A DNA stretch of 64,000 bases from Bilabrum cf. latius. Lineage: Eukaryota. Made by a program: the position numbers and the translations under genes. The stretch is taken from assembly GCA_965178125.1 (NCBI GenBank), contig OZ237764.1:620001-684000 (forward strand), read 5' to 3'. Under the pieces are notes generated by a model, which ran no database searches, was not told the DNA's origin, and saw nothing but the letters and a program-made list of their open reading frames with translations. Positions 62,962-64,000 of the stretch are shown here, one piece after another. Each line of letters begins with the position of its first letter. Within the stretch, counting starts at the first letter, position 1.

Positions 62962-64000
62962 ATTGGTTTTTTTCTGACATTGATGAGCACTTCCACACAA
63001 TCAACGTGTCCACCCGCCCTTGCTGCTTCCAGCACGTCCATACCCACACCATCCACCACCCCGGTCACCCACGCCCCACCAGCCAACTTGCCAAGCCTCA
63101 GCCGCTTCTCCAGCTCCATGGGCCTCCCCTCTCTCGCGGCCTGAAACACCATCGAGGCATCCCTGTGCGCCTCATGTGCCCGCCGCCACCGCACCAGCTG
63201 GTCCCCCCGTCTGGGATCCAGGTGCTTCACACGAGCCAGCTCCCCTGCGGGCACAAGCTCAAAAAGCTTGCCCAGCACCTCTCGGGGCCTGGCTCCCCGC
63301 TTGCTGCTGTACAGAGCTTTCGGCACCGGCAAATGCTCCGTCATGCTCCCGTACGACATGAACGACTGCGTTTCCCTGCATGCCACATCCAGCCACGTCA
63401 CTCCGGTCTCGCTGTCGAGCCCTTGTTGGTACACCCTTGTGCCCCAGCGCAGGAGAATAGCGAGAGAGGCAGCTGATTTCTCATCGCACGCTTGCAGTGC
63501 AGCATACACGATGAGAGCCTAACGCCTCTGATTGAGGTGAAATACACCTATGCCGTCGGGCGAAATGCTCTTCCACCCGCTTTCCAAGATACCAGCCCGA
63601 CATACGTACTCGAGGGATCGCAGTGCACCATGGCGAATGAGGTGACTGACAGCTGTGAGCTGCTCCTGTAAATTATGGTGTACCAGTTGAGTTATGAACC
63701 AAAAGGCGCATGATTTGATGAGATGCGCGCAATTTTGGATCCTTCATGTCTGCAGCACACTTGGCAGGCATCACTCACATTTCGGAGATTCTTTGAATTC
63801 ATGAGTATATGTTGAAATACGGCAGGCCTGTCCATCGCGCCGAGTGCATCAGATACTCCTAGGAACTGCTCATACGAAATGATTTGTGCAAATTATAACG
63901 ATGCCGGTGGACGACGAATGTAGACCCTGTGAGGCCATTTTGGGGCAGCATCTTTCTCACGTTGTAATTTTCGCCGTCGAACTCAAAACTCCTTGGCCAC
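62958..64000 (-). CDS. Host minus-strand gene copy 3 (uninterrupted; contains the empty integration site)
   Basis: ORF 62958-63509 plus upstream homologous blocks; GAGGGATCGCAGTGCACC at ~63612-63629. 5' end uncertain. Confidence 0.45.

Overview
GC-rich eukaryotic (protist-like) DNA made of three diverged ~5.2-kb tandem gene blocks, interrupted by a 47.4-kb AT-rich composite insertion (9110-56498). The insertion is an integrated mavirus-like virophage (about 24.4 kb net, ~420-bp TIRs, 5-bp TSD TCGCA, empty site visible in a paralogous block). It carries two nested passengers. The first is a second, distinct, apparently complete 16.5-kb virophage (37597-54107, TSD CATCT). The second is a GC-rich 6.5-kb non-autonomous Ngaro-type element with split direct repeats whose interior is a 17 x ~284-bp tandem array. 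The architecture resembles the EMALE/Ngaro system known from Cafeteria, but host identity is my inference. Main signal: most genes of both virophages are broken by in-frame TAG codons and become full-length if TAG is read as Gln. TAG occupies conserved Gln positions (protease oxyanion Gln, integrase QADL, DUF285 FNQPL repeat), while genes end in TAA/TGA. Host paralogs also show TAG/CAG interchange. Virophage CDS coordinates below are my manual translations assuming TAG=Gln.
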